A DNA stretch of 64,000 nucleotides from Comamonas sp. SCN 65-56 (GCF_001724135.1 NZ_MEDS01000003.1:35140-99139); one strand, 5' to 3'; shown: positions 43,061 to 53,609, counted from the first letter of the stretch. Numbers and translations are program-made. The notes: generated from the sequence alone by a model not told the origin.

Positions 43061-43486
43061 TCAGACGGAGGCGACAAAGGGGTTGAGCAAAGGCACGCCG
43101 GTACGTTCGAAATCTGCGGTATTTCGCGTCACCACCGTCAGGCCATGGATCAGTGCGATGGCGGCAATCTGCTTGTCCAAAGGGTTTTCCGGATGCGGCA
43201 CGGACAACCGCCCCCAGACCTCGGCGGCATCCTGCTCCAGAGCGAGGATGCTGTCGCCATACTGTTGCAACACCAGCGCCAACCAGTTGGCCAGCCGGTC
43301 TGCCTGGGCAGTGTCACCACGGTAACGTATCAACTCCACGCCACGGCGCAACTCGCCTACGGTGATCACCGGCAGGTACAGCGGCGTACCCTGCTGCGCG
43401 CAGCGATGAAAAAACGCCCGGACTCCAACATGGGCCGCGCTGCCCCGTCGAGATTCGCTGATGACGTTGGTATCAATCAAATACAC
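43061..43486 (-). CDS. vapC: type II toxin VapC (PIN-domain ribonuclease)
   Basis: GTG start, [11 protein letters not shown].. PIN acidic residues, ..VVTRNTADF; overlaps vapB end by 14 nt; listed ORF extends to 43627. Confidence 0.85.
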   Translation of the reverse strand: MYLIDTNVISESRRGSAAHVGVRAFFHRCAQQGTPLYLPVITVGELRRGVELIRYRGDTAQADRLANWLALVLQQYGDSILALEQDAAEVWGRLSVPHPENPLDKQIAAIALIHGLTVVTRNTADFERTGVPLLNPFVASV

Positions 43487-43712
43487 GCGCTGCCTCGCGC
43501 GGTGGCACCCGGGCAAAGTCCTCGTCCCGGCCCACGTTGGGCATGGCGGCCAGTACCTCCGCCAGCGGGCGACGCGGCGGCCGCAACAATGCCTGTGCCA
43601 GCAGGGCGCGGTGCTCGGCCTCGGCACTGCGGCCGTGGCGAGCAGCGCGCTCCTTGAGCGCTTGGACGATCACGTCGTCAACGCCGCGAACGAGCAGACT
43701 GGCAGTGGACAT
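43473..43712 (-). CDS. vapB: type II antitoxin, FitA/VapB-like ribbon-helix-helix
   Basis: 79 aa; MSTASLLVRGVDDVIVQALKERAARHGRSAEAEHRALL. Confidence 0.8.
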   Translation of the reverse strand: MSTASLLVRGVDDVIVQALKERAARHGRSAEAEHRALLAQALLRPPRRPLAEVLAAMPNVGRDEDFARVPPREAARVFD

Positions 43713-43733
43713 GGCGGTGGCCTCCCAAGATAA

Positions 43734-43752
43734 TTGCTATCAATGATAGCAA
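43734..43752. promoter_or_regulatory. perfect 19-bp palindrome TTGCTATCA-A-TGATAGCAA upstream of vapB (candidate autoregulatory operator)
   Basis: Read directly; centre is 31 nt upstream of the vapB ATG (43712), SD GGAGG at 43721-43725 (minus strand). Confidence 0.55.
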
Positions 43753-43767
43753 AGCCCGGGATGGCAT

Positions 43768-44414
43768 TCAATCTTCACTCACCGCCCCCGCAAACGCCTC
43801 GATGATGCGCTTGAGCCGCGCCTGCTTGAGCTTGAACGCGGCCTGGTTGACCACCAGATGGCTGCTGATGTCCATGATGCGCTCGACTTCCACCAACTGG
43901 TTGGCCTTGAGCGTATTGCCGGTGGAGACCAGATCGACGATGGCGTCAGCCAGGCCGGTGAGCGGCGCCAGCTCCATGCTGCCGTAGAGCTTGATCAGGT
44001 CCACATGCACGCCCTTGCCGGCGAAGAATTCGCGCGCGATATGCGGGTATTTGGTGGCCACGCGCAGCCGCGCGCCCTGGTGCACCGCCTGCTGGTAATC
44101 AAAATCCGCGCGCACCGCCACGCTGACGTGGCACTGGGCAATGCGCAGATCGAGCGGGCGAAACAGGCCTTGTCCGCCGTGTTCGATCAGAGTGTCCTTG
44201 CCGGTCACGCCGATGTCAGCGCCGCCGTACTCCACATAGGTCGGCACGTCGGTGGCGCGCACCAGCACCACGCGCACATCGTCCTGATTGGTCGGCAGGA
44301 TCAGTTTGCGCGTTTTTTCCGGATCTTCCAGAACGGCTATCCCCGCGGCGGCCAGCAGCGGCAGCGTTTCGTCGAAGATGCGGCCCTTGGAGAGGGCCAG
44401 CGTGATCGATGGCG

Positions 44415-44418
<4 letters not shown>
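43768..44418 (-). CDS. hisG: ATP phosphoribosyltransferase, short form
   Basis: 216 aa from [17 protein letters not shown]; ATG overlaps murA stop (ATGA); listed 611-aa ORF is an out-of-frame run through murA. Confidence 0.93.
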
Positions 44419-45689
<1,271 letters not shown>

Positions 45690-45696
45690 CGAATAT

Positions 45697-45749
45697 GAGT
45701 CAAATCAGGCTCAAACGCTTGTCTATCAAGCGTGAGCAGCTATCAAAGC
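45697..45749 (+). repeat. dispersed intergenic repeat, family 1 (copy g, best-preserved)
   Basis: gagtcaaatcaggctcaaacgcttgtctatcaagcgtgagcagctatcaaagc; perfect hairpin ACGCTTG/CAAGCGT. Confidence 0.8.
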
Positions 45750-45755
45750 AGTTAT

Positions 45756-45792
45756 TCTCCCTCCCCCTTTGGGGGAGAGCTGGGGTGGGGGC
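45756..45792 (+). repeat. G/C-tract palindromic element, family 2 (copy 1)
   Basis: tctccctccccctttgggggagagctggggtgggggcc; core hairpin CTCCCCC-TTT-GGGGGAG. Confidence 0.8.
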
Positions 45793-45833
45793 CGACGACG
45801 CCTGATCTGACGCAGTGCTCCGGCGACTTCCAA

Positions 45834-45870
45834 GGCCCCCATCCCCGCCTCCCCCAGCGGGGGAAGGAGC
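45834..45870 (-). repeat. G/C-tract palindromic element, family 2 (copy 2, inverted)
   Basis: Reverse complement gctccttcccccgctgggggaggcggggatgggggcc aligns with copy 1; the two copies flank a 41-nt spacer. Confidence 0.8.
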
Positions 45871-45899
45871 AAGAACGCAGACCCGGAGAGCACCATGTC

Positions 45900-46148
45900 T
45901 CACGCCTGCTGTTGCGCCTGCGCCCATTCAGCGGGCGTGAAGGTCTTCATCGAAAGCGCATGCAGCGCTTCGCTGTCCATGTGCTCGCGCACGGTGCCAT
46001 AGACCAGTTGATGGCGCTGGATCGATCGCTTGCCCTCGAACACCGGCGAGACGATGAGCGCATACCAGTGGTGGCCATCGCCATCGACCACCAGATGCTC
46101 GCAGGCAAGATGGTCGGCAATGCATTGCTTGATGTCGTCAGCGGTCAT
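45900..46148 (-). CDS. ibaG: BolA/IbaG family protein
   Basis: Start at MTADDIKQCI; ..FEGKRSIQRHQLVY..HALSMKTFTPAEW; conserved position between the mla region and murA. Confidence 0.85.
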   Translation of the reverse strand: MTADDIKQCIADHLACEHLVVDGDGHHWYALIVSPVFEGKRSIQRHQLVYGTVREHMDSEALHALSMKTFTPAEWAQAQQQA

Positions 46149-46158
46149 GAAAAAATCC

Positions 46159-46914
46159 TCAATTGCGAATCTTGTAGCCAATGCGCAGCAAATGCAGCGT
46201 AAGCCCGCTGATGAGCAGCCACGCCAACCCCACCACGGCCAGACTGGCCCAGGGGGAGATATCGCTCACCCCGAAGAAGCCATAGCGAAAGCCATCGACC
46301 ATGTAGAAGAACGGATTGAGCTGGCTCACCGCCTGCCAGAACGGCGGCAGCGTGTCGATCGAATAGAACACGCCCGAAAGAAAGGTCATTGGCACGATGA
46401 TGAAGTTCTGGAACGTCGCCATGTGGTCGAACTTGTCCGCCCACAGCCCGGCGATCACCCCCAGCGACGCCAGCAGCCCCGCGCCCAGCAAAGCGAACAC
46501 CAAGCTCCATAGCGGCGCCACGAAGCCCGGATTGGCATAGAGCAGGGTAACGATGAACACCCCCAGCCCCACCACCAGTCCGCGCACCACCGATGAGCCC
46601 ACATACGCGGTGAACCAGGCCCAGTGCGACAGCGGCGTGAGCTGGACGAACACCAGGTTGCCCATGATCTTGCTCTGCACCAAGCTGGACGAGCTGTTGG
46701 CGAACGAGTTCTGCAGCATGCTCATCATCACCAGGCCCGGCACCAGAAAGGCGGTGTAGCTCAGGTGACCATAGACCTGCAGGCGACCTTCGAGCACATG
46801 GCCGAAGATGAGCAGGTAGAGCATCGAGGTGACGATGGGCGCGACCACCGTCTGGAAAGCCACCTTCCAGAAGCGCAGCAGCTCTTTGTAGAACAGCGTC
46901 TGCCAGCCGTTCAT
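46159..46914 (-). CDS. ABC-2 type transporter permease
   Basis: 251 aa, six hydrophobic helices; overlaps ATPase gene stop. Confidence 0.85.
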   Translation of the reverse strand: MNGWQTLFYKELLRFWKVAFQTVVAPIVTSMLYLLIFGHVLEGRLQVYGHLSYTAFLVPGLVMMSMLQNSFANSSSSLVQSKIMGNLVFVQLTPLSHWAWFTAYVGSSVVRGLVVGLGVFIVTLLYANPGFVAPLWSLVFALLGAGLLASLGVIAGLWADKFDHMATFQNFIIVPMTFLSGVFYSIDTLPPFWQAVSQLNPFFYMVDGFRYGFFGVSDISPWASLAVVGLAWLLISGLTLHLLRIGYKIRN

Positions 46915-47840
46915 GCTTTCACCTCGGTGGCATCGTCGCGTGCGGTTTCCATCACGTGGATGAAGACGTCCTCCAGGTCAGCCTTGCGGATTTCCACATC
47001 CTCCACATGCACTGCTGCAGCGCGCAGCATCGCCAGGTGATGTTCGATCTCCTGCGCGTCGCGCGCCGGCAACTGCGCCACACGTCCCGTCACGCGCGCC
47101 AGCGCTGCCAGTTCAGGCGGCAGGGCATCGTCCGTCTTGAAGCGCAACACCTGGGTGGACGCCTGTGCCAGCAGCTCGGAAGTCTTGGCCAGTGCCACCA
47201 CATGCCCGTGCTTGAGCATCGCCAGGCGCGTGCACAGCGCCTCGGCCTCTTCCAGGTAGTGCGTGGTGAGCAGCACCGCATGGCCCTGCTTGTTCAGCTG
47301 CGCGACGAACTGCCACAGCGTCTGGCGCAGCTCCACGTCCACGCCCGCCGTCGGCTCGTCGAGCACGATCACCGGCGGCTTGTGCACCAGGGCCTGAGCC
47401 ACCAGCACGCGCCGCTTCATGCCGCCAGAGAGCTGGCGCATGTTGGCATCCGCCTTGTCGGCAAGGCCCAGGTGTTCGAGCAGCTCGTCCACCCAGGCAT
47501 CGTTGTTCTTCACGCCAAAATAGCCCGATTGCAGGCGCAGCGTCTCGCGCACGCTGAAAAACGGGTCATACACCAGTTCCTGCGGCACCACGCCCAGCAG
47601 CTTGCGCGCGGCGGCGTAGTCGCCCCGCACGTCGTGCCCCATCACCGTGACGCTTCCATGCGTGGCACGCGCCAGGCCCGCGAGGATGCTGATCAGCGTC
47701 GTCTTGCCCGCGCCATTGGGCCCCAGAAGCCCGAAAAACTCACCCTCCGCAATCTCGAAATTCACACCGGACAGTGCCTGAAACGGACCGTGCGGCGTGG
47801 CAAAGGTTTTGGAGACGGATTGAAAGGAGACTGCGGCCAT
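46911..47840 (-). CDS. ABC transporter ATP-binding protein
   Basis: Walker A GPNGAGKTT, signature LSGGMKRR, Walker B VIVLDEP. Confidence 0.92.
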   Translation of the reverse strand: MAAVSFQSVSKTFATPHGPFQALSGVNFEIAEGEFFGLLGPNGAGKTTLISILAGLARATHGSVTVMGHDVRGDYAAARKLLGVVPQELVYDPFFSVRETLRLQSGYFGVKNNDAWVDELLEHLGLADKADANMRQLSGGMKRRVLVAQALVHKPPVIVLDEPTAGVDVELRQTLWQFVAQLNKQGHAVLLTTHYLEEAEALCTRLAMLKHGHVVALAKTSELLAQASTQVLRFKTDDALPPELAALARVTGRVAQLPARDAQEIEHHLAMLRAAAVHVEDVEIRKADLEDVFIHVMETARDDATEVKA

Positions 47841-47891
47841 GGGAACCGCGCATTCTAGTCGGTACGCCCCTGTTGCGCTCCAGCACTCAGA

Positions 47892-49211
47892 TCAGGACAC
47901 GACAACCCGGTTGCGCCCTTGCCTCTTGGCCGCGTAGAGCGCCCGGTCGGCGCGGGCGAAGATCTGGTCGAAACCAGTGTCCTGGCCAGCCGAGGCGGTG
48001 ACGCCAAAGCATGCGGTCACCTTGATCGCCAGGTCATCCAGTGCCACACACAGCTCCAGGTGCGCGCGCAGGCGCTCGGCCAGCTCGGCGGCGGCGGGCA
48101 GTTCGGTTTCGGGCAGGAGGATGCAGAACTCCTCGCCGCCGGTGCGCGCGAAGACATCGTTGCCGCGCAAGCCTTCCTGCATGCACAGCGCCAGCGTCTT
48201 GAGCACCCGGTCACCCACCGGATGACCATGGCGGTCATTGATGTTCTTGAAATGATCCACATCGATCGCAATCAGGCTCAAGGCCCGACCATAGCGGCGG
48301 CTGCGCTCGAATTCAGCCTGCGCGCAGATCTGGAAGTGGCGCCGGTTCACAAGACCCGTCAGGCCATCGGTGCGCGCCTGGCGCTGCAGCTCTTCTTTCA
48401 GATCATGCAACTCGGTGATGTCGGTACTCAGGCCAATCACCGCGCGGCTGCCGTCGGCCTGCTGCCAGGGAACGACCACGCTCCAGTAGTGGCGCATACG
48501 GCCATCCCTGCCCTGCATGGCTTCCTCGCTGACCGAGCGCTGGCCGCTGGCCAGAATTTCCTGATCCTTGCGCCAAAACCGCTGCGCCGCCTCCTGCGGC
48601 ATCAACTGCGAGTCGAGCTTGCCGACCACCTGGTCGGCCGGCAGGCCAAAGGCATCGGCGGCGCGCTGGTTGGCATAGCGAAAGCGCCGGTCTTCGCCTT
48701 TCATGTAGACCAACGCATCGACGTTGTCGAGCACCGCTGCCAGCAAGGCCTTCTGCTCGGCCACCGCCGTTTCCAGGCGCTTTTTGTCGGTGATGTCATA
48801 GGACACGCCCACCATGCCCGCAATCGCGCCGCCCGCATCGCGCAAGGGCCGCTTGACGCTCCAGTAGGTGCGTACCTCGCCAGTGTGCGGAATCACGTTG
48901 GACTCCTCTCGCGCCACCACCTCACCATGCACCAGCACCCGCCGGTCTATCGCTGCACGGTCTTCGTCGTGTTCAAGCTTGATGAAATCGTCAAACGTCT
49001 TGCCCAGCACCTCCGGCAGGCTGCGCCCCAGCAACTGCAGCACCATGGGATTGGCATAAACGTAACTGCCATTCAAGTCAGTGGCATACACGAAGGCGCC
49101 CATCTCATCGAGAATTTCGCGAAACGGGTTTGCCACAAACGCCGCGGTGGCAGGATGAACTGGCGCGCCACTGACGACGCCCTCGGGCCATGCGATTTTC
49201 GGGGGCTTCAT
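47892..49211 (-). CDS. PAS-PAS-GGDEF diguanylate cyclase
   Basis: Start at MKPPKIAWPEG (ATG 49211 overlaps mlaB stop, ATGA); two PAS-like segments; RxxD-type I-site candidate and GGEEF active site. Confidence 0.85.
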   Translation of the reverse strand: MKPPKIAWPEGVVSGAPVHPATAAFVANPFREILDEMGAFVYATDLNGSYVYANPMVLQLLGRSLPEVLGKTFDDFIKLEHDEDRAAIDRRVLVHGEVVAREESNVIPHTGEVRTYWSVKRPLRDAGGAIAGMVGVSYDITDKKRLETAVAEQKALLAAVLDNVDALVYMKGEDRRFRYANQRAADAFGLPADQVVGKLDSQLMPQEAAQRFWRKDQEILASGQRSVSEEAMQGRDGRMRHYWSVVVPWQQADGSRAVIGLSTDITELHDLKEELQRQARTDGLTGLVNRRHFQICAQAEFERSRRYGRALSLIAIDVDHFKNINDRHGHPVGDRVLKTLALCMQEGLRGNDVFARTGGEEFCILLPETELPAAAELAERLRAHLELCVALDDLAIKVTACFGVTASAGQDTGFDQIFARADRALYAAKRQGRNRVVVS

Positions 49212-49480
49212 TGCGGCACCACCAGCAAGGCCTGTACGCCGTACAGCTGCGCCAGGCTCTGCAGCGCCTGCGGCATGGCCCGGGTGGTCAACGCCTTGCC
49301 GTCGTAGAGCACGGCACGGCGGCATTCCAGCAGCACCGCCAGCGCAGAGCTGTCAAACGTCGCCAGCGCCGCGCAGTCCACCACGACCTCCGAGCCAAGC
49401 TCGGCCTCCAGCCCCTGCAGCAGCAGTTGCAGGCAGGCGCTGGCCTGGGGGTGTGTCAGCGTGGCGGGCAAGACAAGCAC
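49208..49480 (-). CDS. mlaB: STAS-domain protein MlaB
   Basis: 90 aa; STAS fold pattern (DCAALATFDSSALAVLLE), last gene of the mla cluster. Confidence 0.75.
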   Translation of the reverse strand: MLVLPATLTHPQASACLQLLLQGLEAELGSEVVVDCAALATFDSSALAVLLECRRAVLYDGKALTTRAMPQALQSLAQLYGVQALLVVPQ

Positions 49481-49493
49481 GGTCAGCCGTTTC

Positions 49494-50141
49494 TCAATTG
49501 CCCGCGGCGTTGGCCTTGTTGCGCGCCACCAGGGCCTCGATCAGGCCATCGACCCCTTTGGCATTGATCTCGGCGGCAAACTGGCTGCGGTAGGTTTCCA
49601 CCAGCCAGACACCCATGACGTTGATGTTGTAGATCTTCCAGGTCTCGCCGGGCTTCTGCGCCAGGCGGTAATCGAGCTGAATCGGGTCGCCCCGCCCGCG
49701 CACCTCGGTGCGCACCAGCACATCGGTATCCGCGGGTGCGGCACGCAAGGGCTTGACGACGATGGTCAGATCGGACACCTCGGCCAGCGCGCCGGCGTAC
49801 GTGCGCACCAGCAGCTGCTTGAACTCGTCCTGCAGGCGTTGCTGCTGCTGGGGCGTGGCCTTGCGCCAGCCGGGGCCGACGCTTGCTGCCGTCATGCGCT
49901 TGAAATCAAGGTGCGGCAGGATGATCTTGTCCACCAGGGCGACGATCTTGTGCACATCCCCGGCCTTGATCTGCGGATCCTTGCGCACCGCATCCAGCAC
50001 CTCGTTGGACAGGCGCCCGATCAAGACATCAGGCGCCTCTCCCGCCGCCCAAGCGCGGGCCAGGCCGGCACCGGCGCCCAGCGCCCCCACGGCGCGCAGC
50101 AGCGCCCGGCGATCCATTTTCCAATCCATCACGGTCATCAC
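49494..50141 (-). CDS. mlaC: phospholipid-binding periplasmic protein MlaC
   Basis: 215 aa; RRALL signal peptide, MlaC/Ttg2D family similarity. Confidence 0.85.
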   Translation of the reverse strand: MMTVMDWKMDRRALLRAVGALGAGAGLARAWAAGEAPDVLIGRLSNEVLDAVRKDPQIKAGDVHKIVALVDKIILPHLDFKRMTAASVGPGWRKATPQQQQRLQDEFKQLLVRTYAGALAEVSDLTIVVKPLRAAPADTDVLVRTEVRGRGDPIQLDYRLAQKPGETWKIYNINVMGVWLVETYRSQFAAEINAKGVDGLIEALVARNKANAAGN

Positions 50142-50872
50142 TCATCCTCCGGCAGCTTGCCGTCATCGTCACTGTCCGCCGCATTGCCGCGCACGCCAAG
50201 GTACACGTCACGCGTGAAGGTGTAGGGGTCCAGCGCCGCCGCATCGCGCACCCCGGTCACCCCCAGCAGGCTGGCGCGCCTGTCCAAAAAACCCAGGCCG
50301 TACAGACTGTTGCGCGTGGCAATCGGGCGCGCGTGCCAGGCCAGGTCACCCCAGGTGTCGGCCGGCAGCGCCACCGTATCGCGCAGCGTGGAAGGCCCGA
50401 GCAGCGGCAGCACCAGGTAGGGCCCGGTCGGCACGCCCCAATGTCCCAGCGTCAGCCCGAAATCCTGCTTGTGGCGCGGGATATTCGCTTCGCTCGCCAC
50501 ATCGAACAAGCCGCCGATGCCGATGAAGCTGTTGATGCCAAAGCGCGCCAGGCTGTCGGCGGCCGCTTGCCCGCGAGCCTGCAGCACGTTGTTCACAAAC
50601 GACCAGAGATCGCCCAGATTGGCGAAAAAATTGCCTATGCCTGCGCGCACAGGCCAAGGCAGAACCTCCTTGTACACCGTGGCCACGGGCGTCATTACCA
50701 CCTTGTCCACACCGTCGTTGAACTGCGTCATCGCCCGGTTGTAGGGCTCCAGCGGGTCCTGCGGATGGGCGCCAGGCCCGGTCGCACAGCCCGCCGCGGC
50801 CAGGCACAGCGCAGCTGCAGCGAGCCAGCGCCCGCCATACAGACCGTCGTGCCAGCTAAGCTTGTTTTTCAT
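50138..50872 (-). CDS. mlaA: outer-membrane lipoprotein MlaA (VacJ)
   Basis: 244 aa; lipobox LAAAGC; DPLEPYNR, NDG..K, GPYLVLPLLGPST motifs. Confidence 0.9.
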   Translation of the reverse strand: MKNKLSWHDGLYGGRWLAAAALCLAAAGCATGPGAHPQDPLEPYNRAMTQFNDGVDKVVMTPVATVYKEVLPWPVRAGIGNFFANLGDLWSFVNNVLQARGQAAADSLARFGINSFIGIGGLFDVASEANIPRHKQDFGLTLGHWGVPTGPYLVLPLLGPSTLRDTVALPADTWGDLAWHARPIATRNSLYGLGFLDRRASLLGVTGVRDAAALDPYTFTRDVYLGVRGNAADSDDDGKLPEDE

Positions 50873-51357
50873 TTTTTTCCGGCAGCCGGTGTCGGGCTGC
50901 CCCCTTCCTGCGCCTTGCCATATAAAAATTGGCCGATCAGATTTTCCAGCACCACGGCCGATTGCGTCGAGGTCACCTGATCGCCATCGGCAAGATTTTT
51001 CTCGTCCGCGCCGGCCTCGATGCCGATGTATTGGTCTCCCAGCAGGCCGCTGGTGAGAATTTTCAGCGAACTGTCCTTGGGAAACAGGTAGCGCTTGTCC
51101 ATCTCCAGCGCCACCTTGGCCTGAAAGGTGCTGTCATCGAAGGTGATGGCGCGCACGCGCCCGACGACTACGCCGGCGCTGCGTACCGCCGCCTTGGGCT
51201 TGAGACCGCCAATATTGTCGAACTTGGCGCTGATCTCGTAGCCCGATTGCCAATGCAGATTGAGCAGATTGGCCGACTGCAGCGCCAGAAACACCAGCGC
51301 CGCCAGCCCCAGAACCACGAATAGACCCACCCAGACATCGTTTTTTGAACGTTCCAT
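50869..51357 (-). CDS. mlaD: MCE-domain protein MlaD
   Basis: 162 aa; N-terminal TM, GLKPKAAVRSAGVVVGRV MCE core. Confidence 0.9.
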   Translation of the reverse strand: MERSKNDVWVGLFVVLGLAALVFLALQSANLLNLHWQSGYEISAKFDNIGGLKPKAAVRSAGVVVGRVRAITFDDSTFQAKVALEMDKRYLFPKDSSLKILTSGLLGDQYIGIEAGADEKNLADGDQVTSTQSAVVLENLIGQFLYGKAQEGGSPTPAAGKK

Positions 51358-51368
51358 GCCACCACCCT

Positions 51369-52151
51369 CTACAAGCTGAACATCAAGGCGGTGAGCATGA
51401 AGTCAAGCGCCAGCACCGCCAGCGACGCAATCACCACCGTGCGCGTCGTCGCGCGCGAAACGCCCTCGGGCGTCGGCTTGGCCACGTAGCCCTGCAGCAC
51501 CGCGGTAAAGGTCACCGCCAGGCCGAACACCAGGCTCTTGACCACGCCATTGCCCACATCCTTGAACACATCCACGCCGCTTTGCATCTGGCCCCAGAAG
51601 GCACCGGCGTCCACACCAATCATGACCACGCCCACCAGCCAGCCGCCCAGCACGCCGATGGCGTTGAAGACGAGCGCCAGCACCGGCATCGCAATCACCC
51701 CGCCCCAAAAGCGCGGCGCCAGGATGCGCTGTACCGGGTCCACCGCCATCATCTCCATCGCCGCCAGCTGCTCGCCAGCACGCATCAGGCCGATTTCGGC
51801 GGTGAGCGAGGTACCCGCGCGCCCGGCAAACAGCAGCGCGGTCACCACCGGCCCGAGCTCGCGCACCAGGCTCAGGGTCACCATCAGCCCGAGCGAACTC
51901 TCCGAGCCATACAGCTGCAGCACGTTGTAGCCCTGCAGCGCCAGCACGAAGCCGACGAACAGCCCCGACAGCGCAATGATGGCCAGCGAGTGGTTGCCGA
52001 GAAAATGCACCTGGTCGCGCAGCAGCGCCGGGCGGCGCAGCGTGGTGCCCAGCAGCCTCAAAAGACGGCCCAGCAGCCGCGCGCCGGTGCCGATGGCGGC
52101 AAGTTCGCTGCGCACGGCAAAACCGATATCCGAAGGGCGCCACCAGCTCAT
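51369..52151 (-). CDS. mlaE: ABC permease MlaE
   Basis: 260 aa; MlaE family (..[21 protein letters not shown]..). Confidence 0.92.
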   Translation of the reverse strand: MSWWRPSDIGFAVRSELAAIGTGARLLGRLLRLLGTTLRRPALLRDQVHFLGNHSLAIIALSGLFVGFVLALQGYNVLQLYGSESSLGLMVTLSLVRELGPVVTALLFAGRAGTSLTAEIGLMRAGEQLAAMEMMAVDPVQRILAPRFWGGVIAMPVLALVFNAIGVLGGWLVGVVMIGVDAGAFWGQMQSGVDVFKDVGNGVVKSLVFGLAVTFTAVLQGYVAKPTPEGVSRATTRTVVIASLAVLALDFMLTALMFSL

Positions 52152-52978
52152 CGCCTGCCTCCCACCGGGCCAAAGTCCTGCTCGACCGACGGTCCCGGGT
52201 GATGAAACGGCACCGGCCCTGTCGGCAAGGCGTGCACGAACTGGCGCACCAGCGGGTCGTCACTCGTGCGCACCTCGCCCGGCGTACCCTGCACCGCCAC
52301 GTTGCCCGCGCCGAGAATCACCACATGGTCTGCCAGCGCAAAAGTCTCCTGCAGGTTGTGCGACACTAGGATGGTGGTCACGCCCATCGCGTCGCTGAGC
52401 TGGCGGATGAGCTGCGCCGCCGTACCCAGTGAAATCGGATCGAGCCCGGCGAACGGTTCGTCGTACATGATGAGTTCCGGATCGAGCGCTATCGCGCGCG
52501 CCAGCGCCACGCGTCGCGCCATGCCGCCGGAAATCTGGCTCGGCATCAGATCGCGGGCACCGCGCAAACCCACGGCATGCAGCTTCATGAGCACGATGTC
52601 GCGGATCAGCGCCGCGCTCAGGCTGGTGTGCTCGCGCAGCGGGAAGGCGACGTTGTCGAACACGCTCATGTCGGTGAACAGCGCACCAAACTGGAACAGC
52701 ATGCCCATGCGCCGGCGCGCGGCATACAGCTGCGCCATGTCCATCGCGCCCGTGTCCTGACCATCCACCAGCACCTGGCCCTTTTGCGCCCGCTGCTGCC
52801 CGCCGATCAGGCGCAGCACCGTGGTCTTGCCGCCGCCCGATGCGCCCATGATGGCCGTGACCTTGCCACGCGGCACCGTCAGCGAAAAATCGCGCAGGAT
52901 CACGCGCTCGCCATACCCGAAGGTGACGTCGCGCAGCTCGACAAACGGCTCTGGATGCAAAGATTCGCTGGGGGGCAT
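52148..52978 (-). CDS. mlaF: ABC ATPase MlaF
   Basis: Start at [15 protein letters not shown]; Walker [10 protein letters not shown], signature ISGGMARR, Walker B LIMYDEP; listed ORF extends to 53092. Confidence 0.92.
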   Translation of the reverse strand: MPPSESLHPEPFVELRDVTFGYGERVILRDFSLTVPRGKVTAIMGASGGGKTTVLRLIGGQQRAQKGQVLVDGQDTGAMDMAQLYAARRRMGMLFQFGALFTDMSVFDNVAFPLREHTSLSAALIRDIVLMKLHAVGLRGARDLMPSQISGGMARRVALARAIALDPELIMYDEPFAGLDPISLGTAAQLIRQLSDAMGVTTILVSHNLQETFALADHVVILGAGNVAVQGTPGEVRTSDDPLVRQFVHALPTGPVPFHHPGPSVEQDFGPVGGRR

Positions 52979-53196
52979 GCTGCACGGCCAGGACAGCGGC
53001 CTACAGGTGCAAAGAAGGTTGCGATCATAAAGGCGCGCACCAGCGCTTGCCCAGCCCCGTTTCAGGCGCACCCGGATGATGGGCAGCGCCATTGGCTATA
53101 GTCGCCCTCTTCCCTCGTCTCACCCATTGGCTGTCGCCGGGCCGGTTCAGGCCGTCCGCCGTGCAGCCTTTGCCCATGGAAAAAGGCTTTCCCACG

Positions 53197-53604
53197 ATGA
53201 ACCAGGCTGTTGCCACCTCCCCTGTGCCCAGCACCCGCCACCGGCTTGCCACCGGGCTGCACCTGATCGGCGACCTGTACGGCTGCCGCTGCGATGCCCG
53301 CCTGATGCTGGATGCCGAATACCTCGAAAATTTCTGCAAGCAGCAGGTTGCCAGCGCGGGGCTGACCACCGTTGGCTCGCTGTTTCACAGCTTTGGCGAG
53401 GACGGCGGCGTCACGGGCGTGGTGGTGCTGGCCGAGTCGCACCTTTCCATCCACACCTGGCCCGAATCAGGCTATGTGACGCTGGACGTCTATGTCTGCA
53501 ATTACACCGCGAACAACCGCCCCAAGGCGCAGAAATTGTTCGACGCCATCAAGGTCGCCTTCAACCCGAAGGAGCCGCGCCTGCACCGCGTAGACCGGGC
53601 CTGA
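53197..53604 (+). CDS. speD: S-adenosylmethionine decarboxylase proenzyme (small, SpeH type)
   Basis: Self-processing motif ESHLSIHTWPE; start 53197 (MNQAV) or 53176 (MEKGF); listed ORF starts at 53092. Confidence 0.85.
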   Translation: MNQAVATSPVPSTRHRLATGLHLIGDLYGCRCDARLMLDAEYLENFCKQQVASAGLTTVGSLFHSFGEDGGVTGVVVLAESHLSIHTWPESGYVTLDVYVCNYTANNRPKAQKLFDAIKVAFNPKEPRLHRVDRA

Positions 53605-53609
53605 TCGTC

